From the NCBI GenBank assembly GCA_038496445.1, contig JALMLS010000585.1:186001-250000 (forward strand): 64,000 nt of DNA, written 5' to 3'. The position numbers and the translations under genes were made by a program. This stretch comes from Trichosphaerium sp. ATCC 40318. Taxonomy: Eukaryota; Protista; Tubulinea. Shown here piece after piece: positions 11,622 to 24,947 of this stretch. The notes below the pieces were generated by a model. That model made no database searches. It was not told where the DNA came from and saw nothing but the letters and a program-made list of their open reading frames with translations. The first letter of the stretch is position 1; each line of letters opens with the position of its first letter.

Positions 11622-14600
11622 TTATTGCATAACACTAAACTTTATACCACGTTCTACTTTGATTGATTGCCCTTCTACAAGAGGCACTGTAGTTTTAGTT
11701 TTTTGATTGTAGACCTTCAACGAAACACTACCCTAACAGAAAATGTAAAAAGGAATAAGGGCAATTTATGTTGTGAATCGTACTTTTGATGCTAACGTTA
11801 CTTGTACACTTTGACTTGTAATACTTATATCAAGTTTGGATCCCAAATAAGATACCTAGTAGATAAAATAAGAATTAGATATTATGAGATAGTGATATCA
11901 GCGTGAGATGCCTTGGGATAGTTCCAAAAAACAAAACTGAAAAAAAATAAAGCTAAATTTTTGGTGACTTGAACGGGACACTATTAGATATACACGCTTA
12001 ACAAGTTAGGCTAATTGACTGTATAGGTTTTTATGACTTGGGGAAAACCAGATAGTGTAAAAAGTATAAAATTAAAGTTAAGGGTACTTACTTTGTGCAA
12101 GTTAAGTGCCGTTACATTAGGAGGTAATGTAGGTGGAAAAAAGTTGAGGTTGTCCGTCAGTCTAATACCACCATACCCGAATAATAACGCTTGAATAAAT
12201 CCTCCTTGCCCAGTTAGGAAATTAACAGCTCCTCCTGTTGGGGTTTCTGTCCACACAAGGAACGGTTCCTGTAAAGAAAACAATCAATAAACAAACATGT
12301 TCTGCAGAATGTTGGGTTTGTTTACCTTTGCATTTGCATACGCTTTATGCCATATTTCGGTTGATGATTGTTCGTCTTTTAGTTCTAGATATCCTATAAC
12401 ATGCATAGCAAAAGTCATAGCTGGTCCATTACTACATAAGTGTGAGTATCAATGAAAAACCAAAAAATCTTTACGGATCTGTTTTAGTTGCATAATAGTC
12501 CAAGTCTTTTTTTCTTGTTTCTTCCGTCATTGGATACATTAAAGGAAATCCCAATAGAACAACATCAGCCTTTAAAATAAAATTAACAACACACGTGAGC
12601 CAAAATTTCGAAAAAAAAATCACGTGCTTGTTTGATTTTCTGACCATTGTATTGATCATATTCTAGATGTACTCCAAGTTGCTTATTAAAAGGTATTTTA
12701 AGTTTAGACGCTAAGTAAAAATAAATTCATATCATGGAACAGCAATTGACATTGCTTAAGACAGGATAAAGAGACTTTACTCAAAAAAAATAACAACAAC
12801 ATTGTACAGCCATTGGACTAGTTGGATATCATTTTTATCGTACCTATTTCAGTCCAATTATCTGGAACCTGCTTATGTAGTATTTTAGCAAGAGATACAG
12901 TTGTGTTCAAAGCCATTCCTGCAACCACGTTTGTGTACACTTCAATTGAAAGTTAGTTTTGAAAGTTATTAGGTTGTTAGTGTATTATATACCGCTGTTG
13001 TCTCCTTTTGCATACTCGTCTGGAGGTATGACGTCCGTTATAACATATTTATCTATTTTTGAATCATATGAGACTCTGCTTGCCCAGAAATCAGAAATTC
13101 CATGAAGTGTTTTAAATCCTTAAAGTTAGTTACGTTTTGACTTATTTTAACGTTCTTACTCACCAGATTCTGATAGCCACTCAATATCATTGGTTGCATC
13201 CCAGTATTGCCTGAATGCAAATGCCACATCACCTGTTATATGTTGTTCATAGGTCCCCGTAGGTGCTGATGCAGGACAAACCTTTCAGAGCTTCAGCTAA
13301 AAAGCTCCAAACTGTTTACAGTTGTTTCTTTGTACCTCCATGTGAGTAAAAGCTGATTCCCATGGATACATATATCCTTCATAGCCTTTATTATAGCTCA
13401 GAGCCTTAGCATGAGCCCCTGTTTCACCAAGAGATCGATATGCCAAGAAAGAACCCTTTGCGATATCCGGGTATAACATTAAAATTCCAGGAAACATCCA
13501 AGTGTCCGCATCCTAAAATTACTTCAGTTCCTTAATGTTCCAGTAGTAGCCCCCTCTCCAACATATAAAACGTACCCAAAATACATGCCCATTATATCCG
13601 TTGGTTGCAAGACCTCCAGGAGATGTAGAATACGGCCAATCAGCACGAAGACTAAAATCGTCTTAGTTTGTTTTGATTAATATAGCAAGGTTGTTTACCT
13701 GCTGAGCATATAGTACATGGATGCGTTCAATACCTGAGCTAGTTTTAAATCACCACTTATTTCTATTCTAGACTCCTAAGAGAAATGACTTTGACTTACA
13801 GATCCAATTAAATTATTTGTTTTGTTCAAATCTAACCCACAATTTCTCCCATTCAGCGATATGACTGCCGAGTAAATTGCTCTCAGAAGCTATAGCTTTG
13901 TTATAGTCTTGAAGAGCATCAGTGACTTGATCTTTGCTATCTAAACTACTTCTACAACAAATAATGAACAAAACTTCGTTTCAAAATTCAATGAGGACAC
14001 GTGTCTGATGAATAACTTACCTGAAAGCGGAAATAAAATAGAATGTTTTCTTGGTTAATCTACCGACAGAAATAGACGCTGGTACTTCACTCCAAACGAC
14101 TGCAACTGACACTTTTTCACTGATGTCAAAGTTAGACTCAATTCTTTACACTTCCTGATAACAATAGTGTGGCACGTACCCATTTGGCTCTTCAGGGACT
14201 AGTATATCGCCATACGTAGCAAAGACGTCTGATGACAGTTTCTTTGTAGAAAAATCAAAGTCTTTACTTGCAGTGCCTATTTAACCATTCAGTGTATGAC
14301 GCTTAAAAAAACGTGCGTTACCATTATTCAACGCAAGCTTAATTACAATGTCTTGGTTGTTTTTAGAGTTATCTACCTCTATTTCATGTACAAGAACTGT
14401 ACGCATCAAACGGGATGCATAAATCCTTTGTTCTACGTCTGCAAGACCAACTGAAAGTCTAGAAAAAAGTACGATTCAGCAAAAGATCAAAGTGCTTTGT
14501 TCCTTTCTTACCGTCTGTAATAAGTTGCGTTTGCCAAGTCTAGTGCAGAACCAATGAGATTACCATTTGTGACCGATATAGAGAAAGTAGAGGGAATACG

Positions 14601-14922
14601 AGCGCGGTGAGATGGCGTCTAAACGAACGTAAGCGATTTTATGAAAATCTCAGTTGTACTTTTGTGTTTAATCCATTAAATACACCAGCAAGATACACTG
14701 TGTCGCTACCAACAACGCTTGATACATAACCGTTTCCAACTAACGGTTTCATTAATCACACATGATTTTTAGTGTTTGTTACGCACCAGAAGCTTGAAGG
14801 TAAGTTTCTGGCTCTTTTTCGCTGTAAAGAAGTTGTCCTTTTAATTCACGTTTAGCCCAGTCTGTTGGAATGGCGTATAAAACTGACAGAATAGACAGAA
14901 CAATTACAAGTCTCGTAAGCAT
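11622..14922 (-). CDS. Secreted glycoside hydrolase family 65 (acid trehalase / PGGHG-like)
   Basis: Signal peptide MLTRLVIVLSILSVLYA, then YMYPWESAFT, EQHITGDVAFA, VIPPDEYA, KQADVVLLGFPL and NFLTGQGGFIQALLFGYGGIR. Confidence 0.92.
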
Positions 14923-15148
14923 TAATGCTATTGCTGGCAATGTTCTAACAAGTTTTTCCAAAACAATACTAACTTAATCTGCCATTCGATTAAGCCTCGC
15001 TACCTGATTACTTTGGAAGATGTCGTGAGAGCTGTGATACAATACTGAGGATTCTTACATTTTTTGTTACTGCACAAGGTAAATAAAGCTATTTATTTTA
15101 TGGACAGAATTAAAATTTTGAGATTACTCTTTTTTCATTCTCAAATGT

Positions 15149-16516
15149 TTACACGTGACTGCTTACCAATGCGGTTTCTTCATCAGCATCTTGTATGGAG
15201 CCATTAATTTCTTGTTCTTTGTCGTCTTTGAATTTGAAAGGATCGTGATATAGGCCATATATAAAAAAGTAGGAAAGACCAATACAATCAAGTATCAAAG
15301 CGAAAAACTTGATGCTTTCAAAAGTATGTTCGCCTTCCCACAGCCCATTCCAATCAAGGTGTTGTACAAAAAACATCTCATATATAACAAGAATTCCGAG
15401 AGGTATTCCAGACCATATTAGATCAAGTAATAGGATAGTATCAAAAATATGACCATAACTTGGAACACCATTTAAGAATTTACTTTTCTTTGAGATTCTG
15501 CGAGGAAGTAATTTTGTTACTGTCGATACAATAGTAAAGATACGTATTATCATCAACATTGCTTTCCATATTACAACTGCGATAAGTAAGCCAAGGCCAC
15601 TACTAACCTACAATAGCGAAAAAAAGAGTTAGATCAAGAAAACAAGCGTGGAATGTTTAAGTTCAATTTTTTTTTATCGCAAAAAACAGAATATGATCAA
15701 AGTTATTTTGGTTGAAGTAGGTAACAACCTCACACTTGAGTATACTCAAATTTTGACTACAGGTGTCATAAACTAAAAAACAAGTAAAAAAGGAAAGTAG
15801 CATTTCAGCTATGCAAACATTTTTCATGGAATTGTACTGTTGCCAGAAAAAAATTATGCATGTTTGTTAAACTTTGCAAAAAATTACGTACAGGAATCCT
15901 TTCCGTTTTTTCGCCCTGCTTCGTTTTAGCATACATCCCAAATAAGAATAGGAAGACGAGCGGCATGAAACTACCAATGGCAAGTCCAATACGCAAGAAA
16001 TTGTACACCCTTTCTTCCCCTTCTCCTAAATCATCGTCTTTGCCTCCAACAATAAGAATCAACGCCTTAATCAGCAGCCCCATATCAGCGACAATATCAG
16101 CTAACTATGAACATGCTGTTAGCTTTAAAGAAAGGTAATAACACATTGTCAACGGCACAAAACGCGTCACCTCTATCGTATGGTGAAATAATCAGTGCGA
16201 CTGGGTGCGTGTTGATTTGTAGAAACTCACACTCCGTTGTTTTGTACGATACAAGAAAACGTACCCCACACGCTTGCACGAACAGTACTATGCATAGAAA
16301 CACCATTTTGAGTCGATGTTCGATAACGCCAATAACCCAAGCGAAAGGAAACAGTAAAAGAAGTATAAATAGGCTCGATGAGCCTACCATAATGAAAGGA
16401 GATAGAAATATACCATAGACTACGAAGCATGATACAAAAAACACCGCATTGTTGTGTTCTAGTATCGAGAGAATGTACTTGTGGAGTTCAACTGCTACAG
16501 AGTAATTTTCTACCAT
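15149..16516 (-). CDS. Multi-pass membrane protein of unknown function
   Basis: Several hydrophobic exons (ORFs 16097-16516, 15805-16083, 15149-15559). No family motif recognised. Confidence 0.6.
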
Positions 16517-16604
16517 GGTAGGTACAACAAAGAATGTTTTACGGTTAACTGAAGCTGTTTGATTTTGGGAAGTCAACGCAGTTAACCACGCTTGAACGGT
16601 TCGT

Positions 16605-17115
16605 TTATTGATTATCTGATACAGCCTTACTGCCACAGTCATATAGCGCATCCATAACAGCGAAGCATCGCTCCGGTGTCCCAGCAGCTGCATTTTGTAC
16701 CAAACACCTACGGTATAGAACTTAGTACGCAATAGAGCGTAAACGGAGTATTCGGCCATGTTGGTTTTAAACGTAAAAATTTTGAGCGCATAACAAGTTG
16801 GAGTCCAACAACCGCTCATACACTTTTTCAGGCGTATGCACGGACGTACGCGGAGTAACTTTCATACAGGTCGCCACAGACGCTGTGAATGATCTTTGTG
16901 CGTCTGGTACGCTCAACGTTGCAGGTTTCAATATCTGAAGCTTCTTTGAGGCATCGCGTTGAGATATTCTCGTTTTGCCTTTTAGGATCATTCATACACT
17001 CATTTAGAGCTCCAAAATAGTCATCACATGAATTTAGAACAATATTATACTTATCTACCCACTCATCGAATTTCGCTTGATTTTTGTCTTGCTCACTTTG
17101 AAAAAACGAAAACAT
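16605..17115 (-). CDS. Quadruple CX9C (double CHCH) mitochondrial intermembrane-space protein, Mix14/CHCHD5-like
   Basis: Removing the intron 16708-16849 gives four CX9C motifs: CDDYFGALNEC, CLKEASDIETC, CGDLYESYSAC and CFAVMDALYDC. Confidence 0.85.
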
Positions 17116-17198
17116 AATGTTTGTATCAAGTCACCTACGTTTCACTTAAACACGTGTTCGCCACCAGTCATACTGCGCTAAAAACTTGGTATGAGTAA

Positions 17199-17271
17199 GA
17201 CGAAAAACAGTTCATCTGTTACTCGTAAGTAGTGAGGTTTTAATCGAGTAACAGATGAACTGTTTTTCGTC
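17199..17271. repeat. Perfect 27-bp inverted repeat with 19-nt loop
   Basis: GACGAAAAACAGTTCATCTGTTACTCG (17199-17225) and its exact reverse complement (17245-17271). Confidence 0.95.
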
Positions 17272-17826
17272 AATATCATGCAGGCATTCACTGCCTTCAC
17301 CGTACGTTTACATGACCACAGACTACCGTTAGTTGGTAGTACCATTGATTACTTTGTCTGTTGTTATAGAACAAAACTACTGTTGCATGACGCTGACCTC
17401 GATTTTCGAAAAGTTGTATTCACCAAATTACAAATGTCAAGTGTCATTTTGCAATGTCAAAATGTCACTTGAGAATAAAATTAGGATTCAAACATGTTGT
17501 TGGCCACTAGTTGAAGTACGAGTTTTACCAGGAGAGCGAAAAACCAGACAAGAAATGTTTAAACCAGAAAAGCATTCAGCCAATTGTATACTGGTTGAAA
17601 ACCTTTCTACGAACATCACACACGCGTAAAGACGCGAAAGAAGGTATAAACAAAGGTTTAACAAATGGAGACTTTTTTAAACTTGAGTAATTGGTAGGAA
17701 AGAAGTTACCGCGAACACTAGCACCAACTCCATAGCGAGCTAAATGGCTGTAAAGCAACCTTGGGTTTTGGTCATCAAAATCGAAAAAGTACAACTTTTT
17801 AACAAAACATCGGCCTTACTCTTAAC

Positions 17827-20394
17827 ATGTCAACAAAACGTGCCATAGTCAGTGTATTCGATAAAACAGGCGTTGTAGAATTCTGTAAAGAGCTCAGTGC
17901 ATTGGGATACGAACTTGTATCCACTGGCGGGACATACAAAAAACTAACTACAGAGGGCGGTTTAACAGTCACTAAAGTATCAGACGCCACAGGTTTCCCC
18001 GAGATTCTCGGCGGCCGTGTAAAATCGCTTCACCCAGTCGTACGATCCTGTAACCATCTCGCCTATGCGTGTTGACCTATTTTCTAGATACATGGAGGCA
18101 TTTTGGCAACTCGTACAGAAGAACACCTCAAAGAGCTCCAAGACCAAAAAATCTCACCTGTTGATCTCGTTGTGTGTAATTTATACCCATTCCAACAGGT
18201 TAGAACGGTTTTATTATATTTTCTCATTTTCTAAAATCAAAACTGTACAGACTATCTCGAAAAAAGACGTCACAGAATCAGAGGTTGTTGAGAACATTGA
18301 TATTGGTGGTGTTACTCTTTTAAGAGCAGCTGCTAAGAATTTCGCTCACGTGACTGTTGTATGCGATCCTAGTGATTACACACAACTCGCAGCTGACTTG
18401 AAGGATGGTAAAGTAGATGATAAATGCCGAAAGAGGTAAATCAAGTGGAAAAATTTGATTTTTTATTGACGTCCTCCTTGTTTTGGCTGTATTTCTGTTA
18501 ATTCATTGTAGTATGGCTCTTAAAGCTTTCCGTCATACTGCCACATACGATGCTGCTATTGCTACATGGCTTGGAGAGCAAGTAGAGGGCAAGGTAGGTC
18601 TTGAAAGAAGATTATTTTGAATTTTCTTCAGGTTTTTGTTTTTTTTGTACCGATAGCTTGATTAATCTTCTTTTTCATTAGGATTCTCCTCCTTCTACTC
18701 TACATATCTCTGCTGAAAGGATCCAAACATTAAGATACGGTGAAAACCCTCACCAACAAGGTAAGTATCCGAATTTGGCGAGCTTGTTTTTTCTCATCTT
18801 TTCTCGCTTCAAACATTTTGTTACAAAATACTGATTTCGGAACTAGGCGCTTTGTACAAATTCTCCGGCGCAAAATACGGATTTAACCAAATTCAAGGAT
18901 TAAAAGCACTCTCTTACAATAACATCCAAGTACGCTAATTACTCTATTCTTGTTCACGAAGAAAATGAAAGTGAAATGACAAAAAAAAAGTTCACGTGAC
19001 TTTAATTTTGTGCACAAAAAAAGTCTTCTAAAAATAATCTTGATTCACTGTGCTTGTTGTTACGTGAACCTAATAGTAGTTCTTTTTAACCACTTAATTT
19101 GAAAAGAATTCAAGAATTTCTAAGCGAGACATGTCGTATTTTATTTGTACTTTTTTTTTTTTTGAAGCATATGCTTATTCAACTAGGATTTGGAAGCAGC
19201 TGCAGCAATGCCTATGGAATTCGAAAAACCATGCGTTGCTATTATTAAACATAACACACCATGTGGCCTTGCCGTAAACGATGACCTCGTAGAAGCATTC
19301 CAACAAGCATTCGCCTCTGATCCTGTTTCAGCATTCGGTACAAATTTCCCGCCAGTTTTTATGTTCTCGGTTTAATTTCATTTTCTTGGCTTTCTTGCTC
19401 TTTATTTTTATCAGTTCTTTGCTTTATTACTAGCCGTTAACATCTCTTATAGGATCTATCATTGCTACAAACAGAGAAATCACAGAAGAGCTTGTTGTTG
19501 CAACAAATAAACATAAACTATTCGTTGAAGTTATGGTTGCTCCTTCATACTCTGAAGGCGCTCTTAAATCTCTTAAACGTCGTAAAGTACGTCACCAAAG
19601 AACAATATCTATTTAATCCCGCAGCATGAGCATGTGATACGACAAAAATCAACTAACCAAAACAAATAGAAGAACTGCCGTGTTATGATCCGCGAAGAAA
19701 ATCAAGGACCACAACTTGTTATGCACTCTGTTGTCGGTGGAATCTTGGTTCAAACAGCCGATAACACAGCTGTAAGTCCTTTTTTTTAAGTACAACTTGT
19801 TTATCAACTCATGTATGATCTAGGTAATCAAGAGTGACTGGAAAGTTGTTACAAAGAAACAACCAACACCTGAACAAATGGCTGACTTGGAATTCGCTTG
19901 GGTTGCTTGTAAGCACACAAAATCAAATGCAATCGTTTTTGCCTCAAAGGGAGCTACAGTCGGTATTGGATCAGGTACATGAATGTCATTATAAACAAAG
20001 AGCGAGGTGTTACTCCGTTTTCTTTCTTACTTTTCTCTTGTTCTAACTTTTTTTTAAGGCTTTCCTAACCGTGTTGATGCTGTAAGATTTGCTGCTACAC
20101 AAGCAGGTGAAAAATCTAAAGGTGCTGTTATGGCATCTGACGCTTTCTTTCCATTCCCAGACTCGGTATGTGACAACCACATTTCGTAACTTTTTTTCTT
20201 CGTTTTTTTGTTGTTTTTGCTTCTAAAGTGAGGCTTCGTCTGAGTTTCTTTTTTAGGCTGAAGAAGGCGCAAAAGCTGGTATTGCTGCTATTGTACAACC
20301 TGGTGGTTCTATGCGTGATCAATTAACAATTGATAAATGTGATGAACTTGGTATTGTAATGGTTTTCACTGGACAACGTCACTTTAGACACTAA
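17827..20394 (+). CDS. purH: Bifunctional AICAR transformylase / IMP cyclohydrolase
   Basis: [80 protein letters not shown] and RHFRH-stop. Confidence 0.97.
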
Positions 20395-21218
20395 TAAAAC
20401 ACAAAGCGTGCCACGTTTTTTTTCGTGTGCACAATACATTTTTTCTCAATAACAACGCTTTTGATTGAACTTCTCGACTTAAAGGTCAGAGCCACTCCAA
20501 CTGAGGCTACAGCCGAAACAAATTGAAGAATGTAAACAAGCATACTTCTTTATCTCATCAAAGAAACTCAAGCAATGTCCATAGTTACTATTTTTAGTGT
20601 ATTCTTCTACAACATTTAATCATTGCCACACATCTAACGTTGCAGTACCAAATCATCCAATGTAAACCATGTGAACATCGATTAAACGGCACTTACAAAG
20701 CAACTAAAAGTCAGACTGGTACTTTTCTTTTTCAACTACAGTCATTGTCATATTCGCCCTCTGTGAAAGCAGGTAAGTTAAATTCTTCTACAAGGTCTGA
20801 TAAGATGTTCTTAATACTAGCAACAAGTCGTAAAATAACTCCTCATGTTTCTCTGGAGGCATAGCGCCTTTTATATGAGCCTAGAAACTGGTAGATCCCT
20901 ATCGTCCATTGGATCCTACAAACAACACCTGATTGGAGAACCTTCACCATAAACTAAAGCTGTTTGCACAAACGAATGTATTCACAGTAAACTTAACAAT
21001 TGCAAAGCTCGCTTTGTGAGCCATCCTTGTTTGGTAAGACAAAACTACTGGAGTACAACAAATGATTTCCTTCATGAACTGACAGTGTCCGCAGCCATAT
21101 TAAGCAGTTCTTCACATCTGTTGTCAAGTCACCATTTCGTGTAGGTGGCCGGCACGTGCCGCAAGTCTTTTAACACGTTTGACTTTATTGTTTATTACTC
21201 TACAGAGATATCTCCCTA

Positions 21219-22159
21219 ATGGCCCTTCCTACGCATTCGCTACCGTCTGATGTCTATTACCAACAACCTCACCCTCAGCAAGTACCAGTAAACATACCTA
21301 CGCACGTGTATCAACAAGCAAGTGATAATATACCAATTAACAATATAAAGCCTTATTTTCGTTCTAGGCTCCACAAAATCAACAACAGGTATTCTTTAGC
21401 AATTTTATGAGTTTAAATAAGGGTTTTAGGACTTATTTCAACTTCTTTATTACGAACCTAACGCACGTGGTATCACTTTTTTTTTAGGTCACTAAGATGT
21501 TCTATAACAAGCAAAACGTATACGAGATTCTTCCTACGTTAAAAGCGATGAGTAGCGCAATTCACGTGGGATCTATGCAATACCGTCCTATTGGTTGTTG
21601 GCAATTTCATCAATTCAAGTATACACCTGGAATGTCGTTTGTAAAGGCGAGTTATCAAGAGAGCTTTATGCATTTACTTTTACATGTTCAACCTAATGGT
21701 CGACCGGAAACTTGCTACCTTGTCATTTACGCTGGACGACGAGGCACGTGAGTGTTTAAATTTCAATGACTAACATTGTTTTTGCTGCAGGGCCGTTTGG
21801 TGAGCCATCTGATTGTGTAAGCCTTATACTTAACGGTGATGTAAAGTTCTTAATGGGTCAAAAGAAGGCTACAGGACCAACACAAAGAGATATGGTACAC
21901 CTGACGAAACTTCTTTTTTTTTTCTTTTTTTTTTTTTTTCTTGTGTTTGTTTATGGCTCATTCCTCCTAGATCCGGTTGTTTCCACGTGATAATAATGAT
22001 GGTAAAAGTAACGTACTATGTTTCTCAGTAGGAAAGAAAAACATAAGCTTTTTTGCAAAGCTGTTAAAGCCTTATGTCAAACTTGCTGGAAAAGAAAAAT
22101 TCAGGCTCACAGGTGCAACACTTCAAACATTTGATGACCCTGATCTTCAAGCAAGTTGA
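21219..22159 (+). CDS. Hypothetical protein, multi-exon
   Basis: P/Q-rich first exon followed by joinable globular exons. No family recognised. Confidence 0.6.
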
Positions 22160-22474
22160 AGTTACTAAACAGACAAAAAACAATCATTGTAACACGTGTA
22201 CAATTGAAAACAGTAATTGTAATTTAAGCAAAGGAGGTACTTACTTGTACCATTGTTCATAAGTAGCAGTCGATTGCCACTTACGCTATACAGTATCAAA
22301 GTTCGTAATTCGTGAACCATTAACCGATGAAGCAAGTCATTTATTCAATTACGCTTCTATTGTCTGTCACATTCAAGTTTTAAGCCAGTAAGCTATTCCT
22401 GTTCTTAAATCATATGTACATTATGTTTACAATATTGATGTTGTTTATTGCATATTTACTCACACTTTCGTCTG

Positions 22475-24400
22475 CTAGTAGAACGTGTCAACTGTTCTAA
22501 ACAATAGAAAAATTGAGATTAAAGGTAGTCAATTCAACGATAATAAGTACAACAAAAAGAATGGCAGGTTATCTACTCTTGGTGAATAATCTAACTACTT
22601 TATTACATGTGCTTAAACGGTTGCATGTTAACCTATTCAACGGTTAATGATTGATTCACCTTAACACTGACTTTAGCTTACCAATCTCACATGTCTGTTT
22701 CCTTCAAAAGGTTCACGTCCATGCAACATTCTTTACCAAAGTTATATTGTCATTTGCATATGTTCTATGACTTACCTGTAGTTATCATACAACACAAAGT
22801 CTCCATTATTAAGATGAACCAAGTACTGATTGCTTCTATCTCTTACAAGTTTTGTAAACTTGATATAAGCATCATACCAAGCCTCAACAACAGCCAAAGG
22901 TTGACGCTATTTAAGTGATTAGACAGAGTTTGCTATGAAACCACGATTGTAGTTTTACACACCAAAGGTTCCATGTTATTGTAAGAGTATCTTATTTGTT
23001 TCAAATCGCCACTTTGTGTTAATGAAAGAATAGGTGCAACAACCGTTTCACCTCCTTTATCGTTTTTTTTATGGAAAGTAATGTTTGTGCTTGAAAGAGT
23101 ATTCAATGTAATAGGATCATGTTCTTTCAAGTATGAAACAACTAGAAAATGCGTTAATACCAACATATGGGCATGATTGACAAGCGTCACAAGTTGAGAA
23201 ATAAAGCAACATAGAGACAAAGTATGTCAAAATCAAAGAAGAAAAAAAGCGGATTTCTTTTTTAATGTTCACGTGCTTTTTTGAGCGTCAGAGAATTTTT
23301 CTTCACCACCACTCTGTGGTTTTGTTACACAATGAATCAAGCGGTAACGTGGTGGGTTGTCATTGAAAGGAAGTAAAGTGTGTGCATTGGTTACTCCTGC
23401 ATCGACAGTATTTGAACTTTTTTTAGATCCCGCAGTAAACAGCATCTCTTCAACGCCCTTAACATGCGCAGTAATCTTATCCTCTCCTTGAACGAAATCT
23501 CGTCTAACATAGTAGCGTCACTTCACAAGTTACACATCTCTAATACGTACATTATCTTCTCTGTGTCCAAACCGCGATTCTTTACAACAGCAATACCATT
23601 TTTTCGAAGAGATTCACTAACAAAATCCTGAACAAAAGGGTTAGACCTCTTTCTGCTCGTGTAGATCAGAGATGAACATCGTGCCTTGTAGTTGTCATGA
23701 CTCCCTTCTCCGTATTTATGTGTCTAATAGAGGTAAACATCAGAATTTGAGGCCAAAACAGGTGCTGTACATACCACTGTATCCAAATCGGGATGTAGCA
23801 TTGGATCATCGATAAGACCTCCATAATGAGTTGCTAACCAATCCCATGTATAGAAAGAATCATGATTATCATTCCATAAGATGCTTAGCCCCTTCTTGCG
23901 TGGCTCAACATGATGCTAGCCGAAACAATTAATCGACCAATGCTTAAGTTCGGAAAGAACACGTACAGGCTTAATATCTTGTTTAATATCGATTGGATCT
24001 AGAATACGTTCTGAGGTATCAGGATCTAGATTTTTAGGAGAATTGCAGTTATGTCTAGACAGATATTTTAGCGTAAAGTCAAAGATGTTAGTAACGCTTT
24101 ATTTACCTTAACCACGTGAAGTTGTAATGGAACACTTTCGGTAAGAATCTATTCTCTCCTTCTGCTCCTTTCTGTTTTTGAAGGCATACTAGTTCAAGAT
24201 GTTTAGGTTTAAGTACAACAGACATTTCCTTCGGTTTAAATCTCGTGAGAGCTACAAAGACGCATCAGCGTTTAACATTCTTTTTAAGCTTTTCTCTTAC
24301 AATGGTCATCTGATCGTTTATTATCAGCCTCCACTGAGTATTTACGTCTACTGCGTTGGGAAACAGTTGTGTAGCGTGTTAGAAGAAGTCTGTTTAGCAT
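22475..24400 (-). CDS. Gamma-butyrobetaine/trimethyllysine hydroxylase-like Fe(II)/2OG dioxygenase with mitochondrial presequence
   Basis: Reconstructed by hand: MLNRLLLTRY presequence; N-domain FTWLRHNC...ILWNDNHDSFYTWDWL; catalytic domain NGIAVVKN, HTLLP...PPRYRLIHC, GGEEKFSDA, QIRYS, GDFVLYDNYRMLHGREPF. Confidence 0.85.
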
Positions 24401-24947
24401 GAGGTGGTTTATCCGTTATGATATGAAAAAGTGAGAATTTATTTTTCCGTTTTGTTTCTTTTCTGAAAGTACCCAAGAATCCTAAGAATTAGTTGTTTCA
24501 TCCTCTGTACAGTTTTCACATAGCCTAACACTTTAAATAACAGACCATGAACTGATGTGCTCATTCTTTTGAGGCTGGCGATACGAAAGGGCTTGCTTTT
24601 TAAAACACTTGCCAAGTTACCTGGTTCCGCTTAAAACTGGGACTTTGTTATTTTTTGGTCAAAAACTTTTGTATTGATTGGCCTGCTGTCCATAGGCAAC
24701 TATACAGGAAACGCTATAAAGAAATTTGTGTACAAATATAAAGCACGCCCTCTTAGTTACCGACATTCGCAAGTCTTGTTCATTGGTTCCTACAACAACA
24801 ACACCTGATTGGAGGAAAACCTATCTCTTGGCTTGACCTTGGTCATGAAGCCTGAGGCTTGTTTTATGCAAAGTCACAGACATACAACAACCGAAAAACC
24901 AAAAACTTTTCCGAGTGCATCATAGTCACTGCGTTTGCCTCTAGCCG

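Noticed and set aside
16097-16819. 240-aa ORF treated as one protein
   Set aside because: Its first part overlaps the intron and second exon of the CX9C gene. The membrane protein more likely starts at 16516.
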